Shown piece after piece: positions 28,352 through 37,231 of a stretch of 64,000 nt of DNA; the stretch's first letter is position 1; the number at the start of each line of letters is the position of its first letter. The stretch is from Acidobacteriota bacterium. GTDB taxonomy: Bacteria > Acidobacteriota > Vicinamibacteria > Vicinamibacterales > SCN-69-37. Location: NCBI GenBank assembly GCA_044507065.1, contig JBIQJY010000004.1, positions 44,205 through 108,204 of the forward strand, written 5' to 3'. Below the pieces are notes generated by a model that was given only the letters and a program-made list of their open reading frames with translations, searched no databases and was not told the origin of the DNA. A program made the position numbers and the translations under genes.

Positions 28352-28776
28352 TACTGCGCCAGACCCTGCGCTGTCAGATTCGGGGCCGTCGAGGCTTCAT
28401 ACTTCGACGGGCACTTGGCCATGATGCCGTCGGGTTCGACCTGGAACCCCGTCTCGGTCAGCCGGCCCGTGACAACCACGTCAGCGCCTTCCCTGAAGTT
28501 GTCGGGCACGAGGCCCGTGTAATAGGCCGTCACGACCGAATCACCGTGCCGCACATCGAACCGGTACTCGAGGCTGTTGGCCTTGCGCCCCGGCGTGCCG
28601 TCGATGACGCCCTGGAGCTTCACCGTCTTGCCGTACCACTGCTCGGCGACAGGCATGACCTCGTCGACGTGCTTGTAGAACTGCGTGTTCTCGCGCATCG
28701 AGGTGGCCAGCAGCGTCACGAACGCACCGCCGAGAATCAGCACGGTGGCAAGTACACGGATCGATTTCTTCGACAT
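28351..28776 (-). CDS. ccmE: Heme chaperone CcmE, CXXXY variant
   Basis: N-terminal TM anchor and OB-fold core. The heme-binding site reads IMAKCPSKYE, with Cys (TGC at 28413..28411) where canonical CcmE has His (AKHDENY). Confidence 0.9.
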   Translation of the reverse strand: MSKKSIRVLATVLILGGAFVTLLATSMRENTQFYKHVDEVMPVAEQWYGKTVKLQGVIDGTPGRKANSLEYRFDVRHGDSVVTAYYTGLVPDNFREGADVVVTGRLTETGFQVEPDGIMAKCPSKYEASTAPNLTAQGLAQ

Positions 28777-28797
28777 GTCGGGTTCAGCTCCGCTCTC

Positions 28798-28826
28798 AGA
28801 ATACGGCCCGTTCGGCGCTGAAGCAA
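28798..28826 (-). promoter_or_regulatory. Putative sigma-70-type promoter of the ccm operon
   Basis: Reverse strand reads TTGCTT, 17 nt, TATTCT. It is followed 21 nt later by the ccmE ATG, with GGAG in between. Confidence 0.4.
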
Positions 28827-28854
28827 CCTCGGCGGGCCCAGGGGCGGCTTCCGG

Positions 28855-29409
28855 TCATGCCAGTTCATCGAGCGCGGAGACCACCCGTGCCACGGGCAGC
28901 CCGACGACGGTGGCGTAGGAGCCATCGATCCGGGTGACGAATCTCGAAGCCAGGCCCTGGACGGCGTAGGCCCCGGCCTTGTCGAGCGGCTCCCCACTCG
29001 CGACATACCAGGCGATGACGTCCTCGCCGAGCGGCGTCATCCAGACCGTCGTCGCGTCGACGAACGAGACGCGCCGGCCGCCGGCGGCGACCACCACCGC
29101 GGTCAGCACCCGATGGGAGCGTCCGCTCAGGCGCCGGAGCATGCGTGCCGCGTCGGCCGCGTCCACCGGCTTGCCGAATACGTCGCCATCCAGCACCACG
29201 GCGGTATCGGCCGCCAGGATGGTGCGATCGGGTTGACGCGCCAGGGCCGCCCCGGCCTTGAGCGCCGCCACCCGCGCCACGTAGGCGTCCGGGGTTTCGT
29301 CGGGCAGTTGGCGCTCATCCACGTCGACCGGCGCGATGATGAACTCCAGTCCAGCAGCGCGGAGCAATTCTGCCCGTCGTGGCGAGGCCGACGCGAGAAT
29401 GATGGACAT
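28855..29409 (-). CDS. maf: Maf-family nucleoside triphosphate pyrophosphatase
   Basis: MSIILASASPRRAELLRAAGLEF...; GKP, and the AGAYAVQG motif near the C-terminus. An alternative start at 29415 is possible. Confidence 0.85.
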   Translation of the reverse strand: MSIILASASPRRAELLRAAGLEFIIAPVDVDERQLPDETPDAYVARVAALKAGAALARQPDRTILAADTAVVLDGDVFGKPVDAADAARMLRRLSGRSHRVLTAVVVAAGGRRVSFVDATTVWMTPLGEDVIAWYVASGEPLDKAGAYAVQGLASRFVTRIDGSYATVVGLPVARVVSALDELA

Positions 29410-29449
29410 CGCCATAGTATGCGCCACCCCGGCGCGGTAGAATTCGCGC

Positions 29450-29743
29450 GTGGAACGCCTTGACATGACAGCGCCCCGCGCGCTCCGCAGCGCGCTCGAC
29501 ACTCAACCGGTGACACCAGGCAAGATCCTGTTCGCCTGGTCGCTGGCCGCCGGCCCGACGCTGGCCCGCGCCGCACAGGCCAGCTGGCAGGACGGCACGC
29601 TGCACGTCCGGGCAAAGTCCGAAACGTGGCGACAGGAACTGACGCGCGTCCGCCCGGTCATCCTGTCGCGGCTCGTGGCGCTGCTCGGCTCGGGCGTGGT
29701 CAGGACGCTGACCGTGTCGGGCGCCGATGATTGCCCCGCCTGA
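29450..29743 (+). CDS. DUF721 (DciA-like) small protein
   Basis: 97 aa with the pattern W..AAGP.LA......W.DGTLHV.A.S..W..EL......IL.RL, typical of DUF721. Confidence 0.6.
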   Translation: MERLDMTAPRALRSALDTQPVTPGKILFAWSLAAGPTLARAAQASWQDGTLHVRAKSETWRQELTRVRPVILSRLVALLGSGVVRTLTVSGADDCPA

Positions 29744-29796
29744 GCAGTGAGACACGCATCGGCGCGCGACCACTCGCGCGCATGGCGCCGCATCCG

Positions 29797-30657
29797 ATGA
29801 CGCAGCTGCCCCGCACCGTCGCCGTCGTCGGAGCCGGCACGATGGGAGCCGGCATTGCCCAGGTCTTCGCCCAGGCCGGCATCCGCGTCCGCCTGCACGA
29901 CGCCTCCCCCGCGGCCCTCGAGGGCGCGCTCGCGCGAATCGACGCCAGCCTCACCCGGTTCGTCGACAAGGCGACAATCTCTCCGGCCGAACGCATCGCC
30001 ATCCGGGAGCGCATCACCACGCACGCGAATCTCGACGATTGCGCGGATGTCGACGCGGCTGTCGAGGCGATCGTGGAACACGCTGAGGCCAAGACGAGGT
30101 TGTTCTCTCGCCTGGATGAACTGTGCGGGACGGCAAGGCTGCTCGCGTCGAACACCTCGTCGATTGCCATTTCCACGCTCGGCGCCGCCACGACGAGCCC
30201 CGATCGCGTCGTGGGGCTCCACTTCATGAACCCCGTGCCGCTGATGCCGCTGGTCGAACTCATCGGCGGCGCAGCGACGTCCTCGGCCACGATGGATCTG
30301 GCGCGAGCGACCTGCGGGGCGCTCGGGAAGACCGCGATCGAATCGGCCGACACGCCTGGATTCATCGCCAACCGGGTCCTGATGCCGATGATCAACGAGG
30401 CGATCGAGGCATTGCGAGAGGGCGTCGGCACGGCGGAGGCCATCGACGCCGTGATGACACTCGGGATGAAGCACCCGATGGGACCGCTCGCGCTGGCCGA
30501 TCTCATCGGGCTCGACGTCTGTGTGGCCATCCTCGACGTGATGCACGAGGGCCTCGGTCACGCGAAGTATCGGCCCTCTCCTCTGCTCCTCGAGATGGTG
30601 GCCGTCGGCCGACTGGGCCGCAAGTCCGGCCACGGCTTCTACCGCTACGACCGGTAG
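29797..30657 (+). CDS. hbd: 3-hydroxybutyryl-CoA dehydrogenase
   Basis: VAVVGAGTMGAGIAQVFAQAG (NAD fold), ASNTSS, HFMNPVPLMPLVE, PGFIANRVLMPMINEA, GMKHPMGPLALADLIGLD. Start could be 29782 or 29797. Confidence 0.9.
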   Translation: MTQLPRTVAVVGAGTMGAGIAQVFAQAGIRVRLHDASPAALEGALARIDASLTRFVDKATISPAERIAIRERITTHANLDDCADVDAAVEAIVEHAEAKTRLFSRLDELCGTARLLASNTSSIAISTLGAATTSPDRVVGLHFMNPVPLMPLVELIGGAATSSATMDLARATCGALGKTAIESADTPGFIANRVLMPMINEAIEALREGVGTAEAIDAVMTLGMKHPMGPLALADLIGLDVCVAILDVMHEGLGHAKYRPSPLLLEMVAVGRLGRKSGHGFYRYDR

Positions 30658-31166
30658 CGCGGCGTCCGACGCATCGTTACCCAGGAGAACACCGCCAGCG
30701 GACCGAGCACCACCAGTTCCCGCCCCACGGCCGCCAGCGTGTGTGTCACGAAACCGGAAAGCCACCAGCGGCGCGTGATCGGAAGGAACACCTCCGCACC
30801 CGACAGATAGTGGGCGGACGAAAGCGGCCAGAGGATCATGACGCCAAGCGGCATCGAGGTGTCGGACCCCAGCCAGTCGAGGATCGGGTGGCTCAGCCAG
30901 GCCAGCAGCACCGCTGCGAAGATCCGCAGTCGCGTCCCGGCAAGCGGCCATCGCATGACCGCCGCGACGGATGCCGCAATGAACGCCGCACCGATGCTGT
31001 GCGTTTCGGCGCTGTGTCGACCAATGAGCAGATCGAGATCCGGCGCGAGGCCGATCGCGGCGAGCCACAGGCTGCGCCGCAGACGATCGGCAGCCGGTCC
31101 CGCCGTGCCCGTGGCCAGCCAGCCGACCGCCATGGCCCCCAGCGCGTGTCCGACGGGCGACGGCAT
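30645..31166 (-). CDS. YdjM/DUF457-like membrane-bound metal-dependent hydrolase
   Basis: Start MPSPVGHALGAMAVGW; LAPDLDLLIGRHSAETHS; several TM helices. The start lies 2 nt after the cinA stop. Confidence 0.65.
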   Translation of the reverse strand: MPSPVGHALGAMAVGWLATGTAGPAADRLRRSLWLAAIGLAPDLDLLIGRHSAETHSIGAAFIAASVAAVMRWPLAGTRLRIFAAVLLAWLSHPILDWLGSDTSMPLGVMILWPLSSAHYLSGAEVFLPITRRWWLSGFVTHTLAAVGRELVVLGPLAVFSWVTMRRTPRYRS

Positions 31167-31168
31167 CG

Positions 31169-32434
31169 TCAGCCGGCCGTGGCCATCAACTGACGGCGCA
31201 CCATGTCGAGTGCGGCGGCCGCGGAGAACATGCGCACCATCGTGCGATCGCCGGGGAAGAGGAAGCGGCGCGCTTCGGCACGTGGGCCGGACACGGCAAT
31301 CCAGACGGTTCCGACCGGTTTGTCCTCGGACCCGCCGTCGGGACCGGCGATGCCGGTAATGGCTACGCCAATCTCGGTCTTCAGCCGCGTCCGGATGCCG
31401 TCGGCCATCGCACGGGCGACCGATTCGCTGACAGCGCCCTCGGTGCGCAGCTCGTCCGCATCGACGCCGAGCTGGGCCATCTTGACGTCGTTTGCATATG
31501 CGACGACGCCCCCCTGCACCCACGCGGAACTCCCGGGCACGTCAGTCAGGCGTGTCATCAACAGGCCGCCCGTGCACGACTCGGCCGCGGCCACCCGCCA
31601 GCCGCGTTCGAGCAGCCGTGCGCCCACGACCTGCTCGATCGAGCGTCCGTCGGTACTGACGACCACGTCGCCAAGTCGATCACACAGTCGCGCGACCGCG
31701 CGCTCGAGGGCCCGGTCGATGGTCGGCTCGTCCGGCCCGCTGGCCGACAGGTGCAGTTCGATGAGTCCGGGACTGGCGAGGACTGTCGTCTCGATCGACG
31801 GATCCTCGTGCAGGAACTGCGAGTAGACCGGTTGTGCCAGCTCCTCGATCTGCGACTCGGAACGACCCGTCGTCTTGACGACGCGCCGACGCAGCCGACG
31901 TCCTTCGGCCCGCGGCCGCAAAACGGGTGCGACCGAGTCGCGGAACATCGGCTGGAGTTCCCGCGGCGGTCCCGGCAGCAGCACGAGCAGGCGGTCGCCC
32001 ACGGCGATCAGCTGCCCGGGAGCCGTGCCGTTGTCGTTCGGCAGCCAGCGTGCGCCGTCGATCACATTCGCCTGGCGTTGGTTGACGGCCGGCATCGGCA
32101 CGCCACGGCCTGCGAACCGTGCCGCAATGATCGCCAGGATGTCGGCGTCCTCGTGCAGTGCGCGTCCGAGCACCTCGGCCACGACCTCGCGGGTCAGGTC
32201 GTCGTCGGTGGGCCCCAGGCCGCCGGTGGTGATGACGACGTCTGCCCGCACCAGTGCCGAGCGAATCACCTCGGAAAGCACAGCCGCATCGTCGCCCACC
32301 ACGGATTTCACGCGGACGGCAAGGCCGAGCTCATTGAGTACGCCCGACAGCCAGAGCGAGTTGGTGTCGATGCGATGTGGGGTCAGCAGTTCGCTGCCGA
32401 TGGCGACGATCTCGGCGGTACGGAGGGCGGCCAT
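31169..32434 (-). CDS. cinA: CinA family protein (MoCF-binding domain plus PncC nicotinamide-nucleotide amidase domain)
   Basis: Start MAALRTAEIVAIGSELLTPHRIDTNSLWL; C-terminal AESCTGGLL and GTVWIAV motifs. The ATG overlaps the pgpA stop by 1 nt. Confidence 0.9.
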   Translation of the reverse strand: MAALRTAEIVAIGSELLTPHRIDTNSLWLSGVLNELGLAVRVKSVVGDDAAVLSEVIRSALVRADVVITTGGLGPTDDDLTREVVAEVLGRALHEDADILAIIAARFAGRGVPMPAVNQRQANVIDGARWLPNDNGTAPGQLIAVGDRLLVLLPGPPRELQPMFRDSVAPVLRPRAEGRRLRRRVVKTTGRSESQIEELAQPVYSQFLHEDPSIETTVLASPGLIELHLSASGPDEPTIDRALERAVARLCDRLGDVVVSTDGRSIEQVVGARLLERGWRVAAAESCTGGLLMTRLTDVPGSSAWVQGGVVAYANDVKMAQLGVDADELRTEGAVSESVARAMADGIRTRLKTEIGVAITGIAGPDGGSEDKPVGTVWIAVSGPRAEARRFLFPGDRTMVRMFSAAAALDMVRRQLMATAG

Positions 32435-32892
32435 CAGCGCAACCCGGGGACGACCTGCAGAAGCCCCCACAGCAGCAGCCAGCCGTACGCGCCGGCCATG
32501 AGATCGTCGGCCATCACGCCCAGGCCTCCGTGCAGCGCTTCGAGACGATTGGCCGGCCACGGCTTGATGATGTCGAACACCCTGAAGAGGAAGAACCCGA
32601 CGATCGCGCCCATCCAGTTCACGTCGAGCAACAGCAGCGTTGCGAGCTGACCGGCGACCTCGTCGACGACCACATGCCCCGGGTCCTCTCGTCCAAAGTG
32701 TCGTGCCGCGACGCCGGCCGCCCACGTGCCCACGACACTCACGCCGACGAGCAGGCCGATGTGCCAGGCGGGCTCGAAGGATCGCGTCAGCAGATAGATG
32801 ATCACGCCGACGGCCGACCCGACCGTCCCTGGAGCGAACGGAAAATAGCCCGAGCCACCCGCGGTGGCAATCCATAGCGCCAGACGCTTCAT
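32434..32892 (-). CDS. pgpA: Phosphatidylglycerophosphatase A
   Basis: MKRLALWIATAGGSGYFPFAPGTVGS..., FRVFDIIKPWP, MADDLMAG. Confidence 0.85.
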   Translation of the reverse strand: MKRLALWIATAGGSGYFPFAPGTVGSAVGVIIYLLTRSFEPAWHIGLLVGVSVVGTWAAGVAARHFGREDPGHVVVDEVAGQLATLLLLDVNWMGAIVGFFLFRVFDIIKPWPANRLEALHGGLGVMADDLMAGAYGWLLLWGLLQVVPGLR

Positions 32893-34052
32893 GCGCGAAC
32901 CACGCGCGTGCGCGTCAGCCGATCGTGGACCGCGCGCCCCTCGCCGACGAGTCCCGGCAGAAAGCCGGCGCCGGCGGCAAGGACCGACGGCACGGTAATG
33001 AGCCCGCGGAGGATGGCCTGTCGGCCAGTCACCGGATCCTCGGCCGTCCCTTCGTCACCGGCGTCCACCACGCGGATGCGCGCCAGCATCTTGCCGACGG
33101 TCTGGCCGCTGGCCGCGGTGAACATGAACAGGTATCCGACAACGAGCAGCAGGACGAAAACCATCATGGGCGCAACCGGAAGCATCGACGCCTGTTCCCA
33201 CGTGAGGCCAGACCAGCGCAGCGTGATCCACACCAGTCCCACGCCAAGGCCGCCCAGCAGCACGGCGTCGACGAGCGCCGCGCCCAGCCGTGCGACGGGG
33301 CCGACCGCTGCCTCCAGCCGCGCCTGGCGCGCCTGCGCGGTCGCCGTCGCCTGTTCGAAGTCCTCTATCCGCTGAAGCCCCTCGAGCAGATCGCGATCGA
33401 GCGGACCGAGCCGCGGCTGCGTGGCCTCATGGCCGCGTGGGCGACCCGGCTGTTTCTGGCGACGTACCGACAGGGGCGGCAGCGGTTCGCCCGGAACGTC
33501 GAACGGAGGCGGCTCGTCGACCTCGACCGGCCGATCCACGGCAGGCTCGGGCGCGGTCGGGGGCACGGAAGGTGTCGTGTCGCTCGGCGCTGTTCGTGCC
33601 TTCACGAAGAGGGGCAACTCGGCCGTCGCCGGCGGCAACGGCTGTCGCGCGGACGGCCGCGCAAGCTCGGCCTCCGCCGGGACGGGCGGCGCCGGCTGTT
33701 CGCCAACCGGAGAGATCGGCGGGGCGAGCGAGTCGTCGATGGCGCGATCCGGCACACGCAGATCGTCCTCCGAGACGAACGCGCTCTCCACCTCCTCGTC
33801 GAACGGGCCTGGCGCCGACGTCCGGGTGCGGCGCGGCGGCTCGGATGGCGGGGGTGTGACGGTGCGCCTCGGCGGCGCGGGGGGATCGGGCGGAGCGGCC
33901 TCCTCGCGCAGTGCGAGGTCGACCAGCGGCGCGTCAGCCCCGGCCGACTCGAGCTTGATCGCCAGATCGGGATCGAGCGACAGCGTGTAGCCACAGTTGC
34001 GGCATCGCGGCTCGGGATCGAAGCTGAGGTAGTGGCACTTCGGACACTTCAT
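32889..34052 (-). CDS. Zinc-ribbon / Pro-rich linker / RDD-domain membrane protein
   Basis: Start MKCPKCHYLSFDPEPRCRNCGY (CxxC-X12-CxxC). Roughly 230-aa Pro/Ala/Glu-rich region. The C-terminal RDD domain has GQTVGKMLARIRVV. The ATG overlaps the upstream stop (ATGA). Confidence 0.75.
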   Translation of the reverse strand: MKCPKCHYLSFDPEPRCRNCGYTLSLDPDLAIKLESAGADAPLVDLALREEAAPPDPPAPPRRTVTPPPSEPPRRTRTSAPGPFDEEVESAFVSEDDLRVPDRAIDDSLAPPISPVGEQPAPPVPAEAELARPSARQPLPPATAELPLFVKARTAPSDTTPSVPPTAPEPAVDRPVEVDEPPPFDVPGEPLPPLSVRRQKQPGRPRGHEATQPRLGPLDRDLLEGLQRIEDFEQATATAQARQARLEAAVGPVARLGAALVDAVLLGGLGVGLVWITLRWSGLTWEQASMLPVAPMMVFVLLLVVGYLFMFTAASGQTVGKMLARIRVVDAGDEGTAEDPVTGRQAILRGLITVPSVLAAGAGFLPGLVGEGRAVHDRLTRTRVVRA

Positions 34053-34846
34053 GGCGCCCCCTCGACATCCGCACCCGCGCGGAACCGGGCTGCACGCGGC
34101 ATGAGCAGCCATCGCTGAATTTCCGCGCGGAGCGCGTCGACCGCATCGCGATCGGCCAGTTCGGCGCCGTCGAGCACGACGAGCGCCTCGGCGAGCCGGC
34201 CGCGCGCGTAGAGCGTTCGCGCGCGCACCAGGGCCACCTCCCCTGCGGTCAACACGGGTAATGGCGCGTCTGTGGCGGCCACCGGGCGACCCGATGCGAC
34301 GGGGTTGCCCGCTATCGCGTCACGAACCGCGGGGCTTGCGGCGGCGCTCACGACCAGCGCACCGACGGCGATGAGCGCCACGGCGCGCGCCGCCGACCGC
34401 GGGTTCCAGCGCCACGTCGTCAACGGCACCACATCGACGATGGCCGCCATCTGCGGCGCACCAACGCCCTGCCGCGTCCGGGCTACGCGTTCCAGCCGCG
34501 CCCACAGTTCGGCCACCTTCTCATCCGATCCGGAACGCTGTTCGGCCTCCGATAACAGCCGGCGCGCTGCGTCGAGATCGCCGCGCTCGAGCAGATCGCC
34601 GGCCGCATGCAGCATTTCCTCCGCGCGGCGCTGCCGCTCTCCAATCGCCGTCCGGGCGCGGGCGATATAGGCGCGCGCCCGCGCGTGCGTCCGGTCGAGG
34701 AACAGCACTCGCGTCCAGAGGTGGATGGCCTCCTCGTAGTTCGCCTGGAAATACTGATCGAGTCCCTCGACGAGCAGCGTCTCGGTGCGCCCGTAGCGGT
34801 CACTGGCAGGACCGAAGGGTGTGTCGGCGCGTCTGAAGTCGGCCAT
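34049..34846 (-). CDS. TPR-like repeat protein with a central TM helix
   Basis: Helical repeats (YFQANYEEAIHLWTRVLFLD..., GDLDAARRLLSEAEQ) and TM helix AVALIAVGALVVSAAA. Confidence 0.55.
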   Translation of the reverse strand: MADFRRADTPFGPASDRYGRTETLLVEGLDQYFQANYEEAIHLWTRVLFLDRTHARARAYIARARTAIGERQRRAEEMLHAAGDLLERGDLDAARRLLSEAEQRSGSDEKVAELWARLERVARTRQGVGAPQMAAIVDVVPLTTWRWNPRSAARAVALIAVGALVVSAAASPAVRDAIAGNPVASGRPVAATDAPLPVLTAGEVALVRARTLYARGRLAEALVVLDGAELADRDAVDALRAEIQRWLLMPRAARFRAGADVEGAP

Positions 34847-34937
34847 ATTGCGACAGGCGGATTATAGCCAGCCCGGCCGCCGCGTACAACGACTGTCTCG
34901 ATCGCTCGGTTTTCGCTGCGATAGAGTAGCGACCGGC

Positions 34938-35864
34938 ATGGCCGTCATCGAATGTGTGCCAAACGTCAGTGAAGCGGTCCGTGCCGACACGATCACCGCG
35001 TGTTCGACGGCCATCACCCGGGCGGGGGCCGTCCTGCTCGACATCCACGCCGACGATGCCCACAACCGGGCCGTCTTCACGATTGCGGGGGATGACGGCT
35101 CCGTGGTGGCCGCCGGCCACGCCCTGGTCGCGACGGCGGTCGCCGCTATCGATCTGCGCGCCCACCGCGGCGTTCATCCACGCATCGGGGCGATCGATGT
35201 CGTCCCCTTCGTGCCGCTCGGCGGCGCCACCCTCGACAGCTGCATCGCGATCGCCCGCGAGTTCGCCGCCCTTGTCGCGGCCCGCCACGCGCTCCCGATC
35301 TTCCTCTATGAAGCAGCGGCGGCGGCGCCGCATCGCCGGCGCCTCGAGGACATCCGCCGCGGCGGACTTGACGCGCTGGCCTCCCGCATGCAGACACCCG
35401 AGTGGGCGCCCGACTTCGGACCGGCCGAGCCGCATCCCACGGCCGGCGTCACGGTTGTCGGCGCCCGCATGCCGCTGATTGCCTTCAACATCAATCTCGC
35501 TACCGACCGGATCGAGGTGGCATCCGCCATTGCCCGATCCATCCGCGAGAGTTCCGGCGGACTGCCCGCGGTCAAGGCGCTCGGGCTTCCCCTGGCCGAC
35601 CGGCGGGTGGTGCAGGTATCGATGAACCTCACCGACTACCGGCAGACGTCGATGCGGCGCGTCTTCGACGTCGTGGCCGCTGAAGCCGCGCGTGAGGGGA
35701 TTGCCGTCATCGAAAGCGAGATCGTGGGCCTTGTTCCCGCCGATGCGCTGACGGCCGCCGATGCGCACGCCATGCGCGTACGCGACTTTCACCTCGATCC
35801 GATCATCGAGCATCGGCTGGCGCAGCGGACGTCGGCGGGGATCTCCCGTCCGTCAGCCGGCTAG
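34938..35864 (+). CDS. Glutamate formimidoyltransferase (FTCD N-terminal-type)
   Basis: MAVIECVPNVSEAVR...DDAHNRAVFTIAG...HPRIGAIDVVPFVPL, the family signature. The start is taken at M40 of the track ORF. Confidence 0.85.
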   Translation: MAVIECVPNVSEAVRADTITACSTAITRAGAVLLDIHADDAHNRAVFTIAGDDGSVVAAGHALVATAVAAIDLRAHRGVHPRIGAIDVVPFVPLGGATLDSCIAIAREFAALVAARHALPIFLYEAAAAAPHRRRLEDIRRGGLDALASRMQTPEWAPDFGPAEPHPTAGVTVVGARMPLIAFNINLATDRIEVASAIARSIRESSGGLPAVKALGLPLADRRVVQVSMNLTDYRQTSMRRVFDVVAAEAAREGIAVIESEIVGLVPADALTAADAHAMRVRDFHLDPIIEHRLAQRTSAGISRPSAG

Positions 35865-37231
35865 GCGTCGTCGCGGTCGCGCGCCGGCGCGATGCCGAGC
35901 GCGCGCATCTTCTTGTAGAGATTGCTGCGCTCGAGGCCGAGCGCCTCTGCGGTCCGCGAGATGTTGCCTTCGCAGTTACTGAGCGCCTTGAGCACGTAGG
36001 CGCGCTCCCACGCGTCGCGGGCCTCGAAGAGTGGCTGCACGGGCGCCGAGGTCAGCGGACGCTCGCTCACGAGCGGCACCATCAGGAACGACAGGTCTGC
36101 CGCCTCGATCGTCTCACCGGGCACCATGATGATCAGCCGCTCGATGACGTTGCGCAGTTCGCGCACGTTGCCCGGCCAACTGTAGCGGCGGACCATCGCC
36201 GTGGCTTCCGGCGACAGCCGCTTCGGCCGCCGGCCATACTCGACGGCAAACTCCTTCATGAAGTGGTCGGCCAGCAGCAGGACGTCGTCACCGCGCTCGC
36301 GCAGCGGCGGCACGAAGACGGGAATGACATTGAGGCGGAAGAAGAGGTCCTCGCGGAACTGTCCGTGCCGGATCTCATCGACCAGGTTCTTGTTGGTCGC
36401 CGCGATCACGCGCACGTCGACGCGGACACTGCCCTGCCCGCCGACCGGCTCGATGACCTGCTCCTGCAGGGCGCGCAGCACCTTCGCCTGCATCTTCAGG
36501 CTCATGTCGCCCACCTCGTCGAGGAACAGGGTGCCGCCCGAAGCGAGATCGAACTTGCCGCGTCGATCGACGACGGCACCGGTGAAGGCGCCCTTGACGT
36601 GCCCGAACAGCTCCGACTCGATCAGATCTTCGGGCAGCGCGGCCGAATTCACCTCCACGAACGGCGCCGTGCGCCGCTGGCTCAGCAGGTGCACGTGCCG
36701 CGCGACAAGTTCCTTGCCCGTGCCGTTCTCACCCGACACCAGCACGCGACCGTTGGTCGGCGCCGCCATGGCGATCTGTTCCCGGAGCCGGAGCATGACG
36801 CGGCTCTCGCCGACAATGGCGTAGCGGCGGTCGACGCGCGCGCGCAGCGCACGGTTCTCCAGCTCGAGCTGGCGCTGGCGCAGCGCGTTGCGCACGACGA
36901 GTACGGTCTTTTCGAGCGAGAGCGGCTTTTCGATGAAATCGAACGCCCCGAGTTTCGTCGCCCGGACGGCCGACTCGATATTGGCGTGGCCGGAAATCAT
37001 GATGACCGGCACGTCGAACCGCCGGTCACCAAGCCGCTCGAGCGTGACCAGGCCATCGATTCCGGGCAGCCAGATGTCGAGCAGCACCAGATCGTAGGCG
37101 CGGCGTCCCACCTGTTCGAGGCAGGCCTCGCCGCTCTCCACCGTATCGACCGCGTACCCCTCGTCGCGGAGCACGCCGCCGAGCGAGGCGCGGACGCCGG
37201 CTTCGTCGTCGACAATCAGGATGGCAGGCAC
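35861..37231 (-). CDS. Sigma-54-dependent response regulator (NtrC/NtrX family)
   Basis: REC domain (ILIVDDE...DLVLLDIWLPG). AAA+ with Walker A GENGTGKE and the sigma-54 contact loop GAFTGA. C-terminal Fis-type HTH (NISRTAEALGLERSNLYKKM). Confidence 0.9.
   Translation of the reverse strand: MPAILIVDDEAGVRASLGGVLRDEGYAVDTVESGEACLEQVGRRAYDLVLLDIWLPGIDGLVTLERLGDRRFDVPVIMISGHANIESAVRATKLGAFDFIEKPLSLEKTVLVVRNALRQRQLELENRALRARVDRRYAIVGESRVMLRLREQIAMAAPTNGRVLVSGENGTGKELVARHVHLLSQRRTAPFVEVNSAALPEDLIESELFGHVKGAFTGAVVDRRGKFDLASGGTLFLDEVGDMSLKMQAKVLRALQEQVIEPVGGQGSVRVDVRVIAATNKNLVDEIRHGQFREDLFFRLNVIPVFVPPLRERGDDVLLLADHFMKEFAVEYGRRPKRLSPEATAMVRRYSWPGNVRELRNVIERLIIMVPGETIEAADLSFLMVPLVSERPLTSAPVQPLFEARDAWERAYVLKALSNCEGNISRTAEALGLERSNLYKKMRALGIAPARDRDDA

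Noticed and set aside
29503-31068. 521-aa reverse-strand ORF, and the 612-aa + ORF 39910..41748
   Set aside because: These are antisense to hbd and to the nrdR/UPF0104 genes respectively. Both have typical GC-bias shadow-ORF composition.
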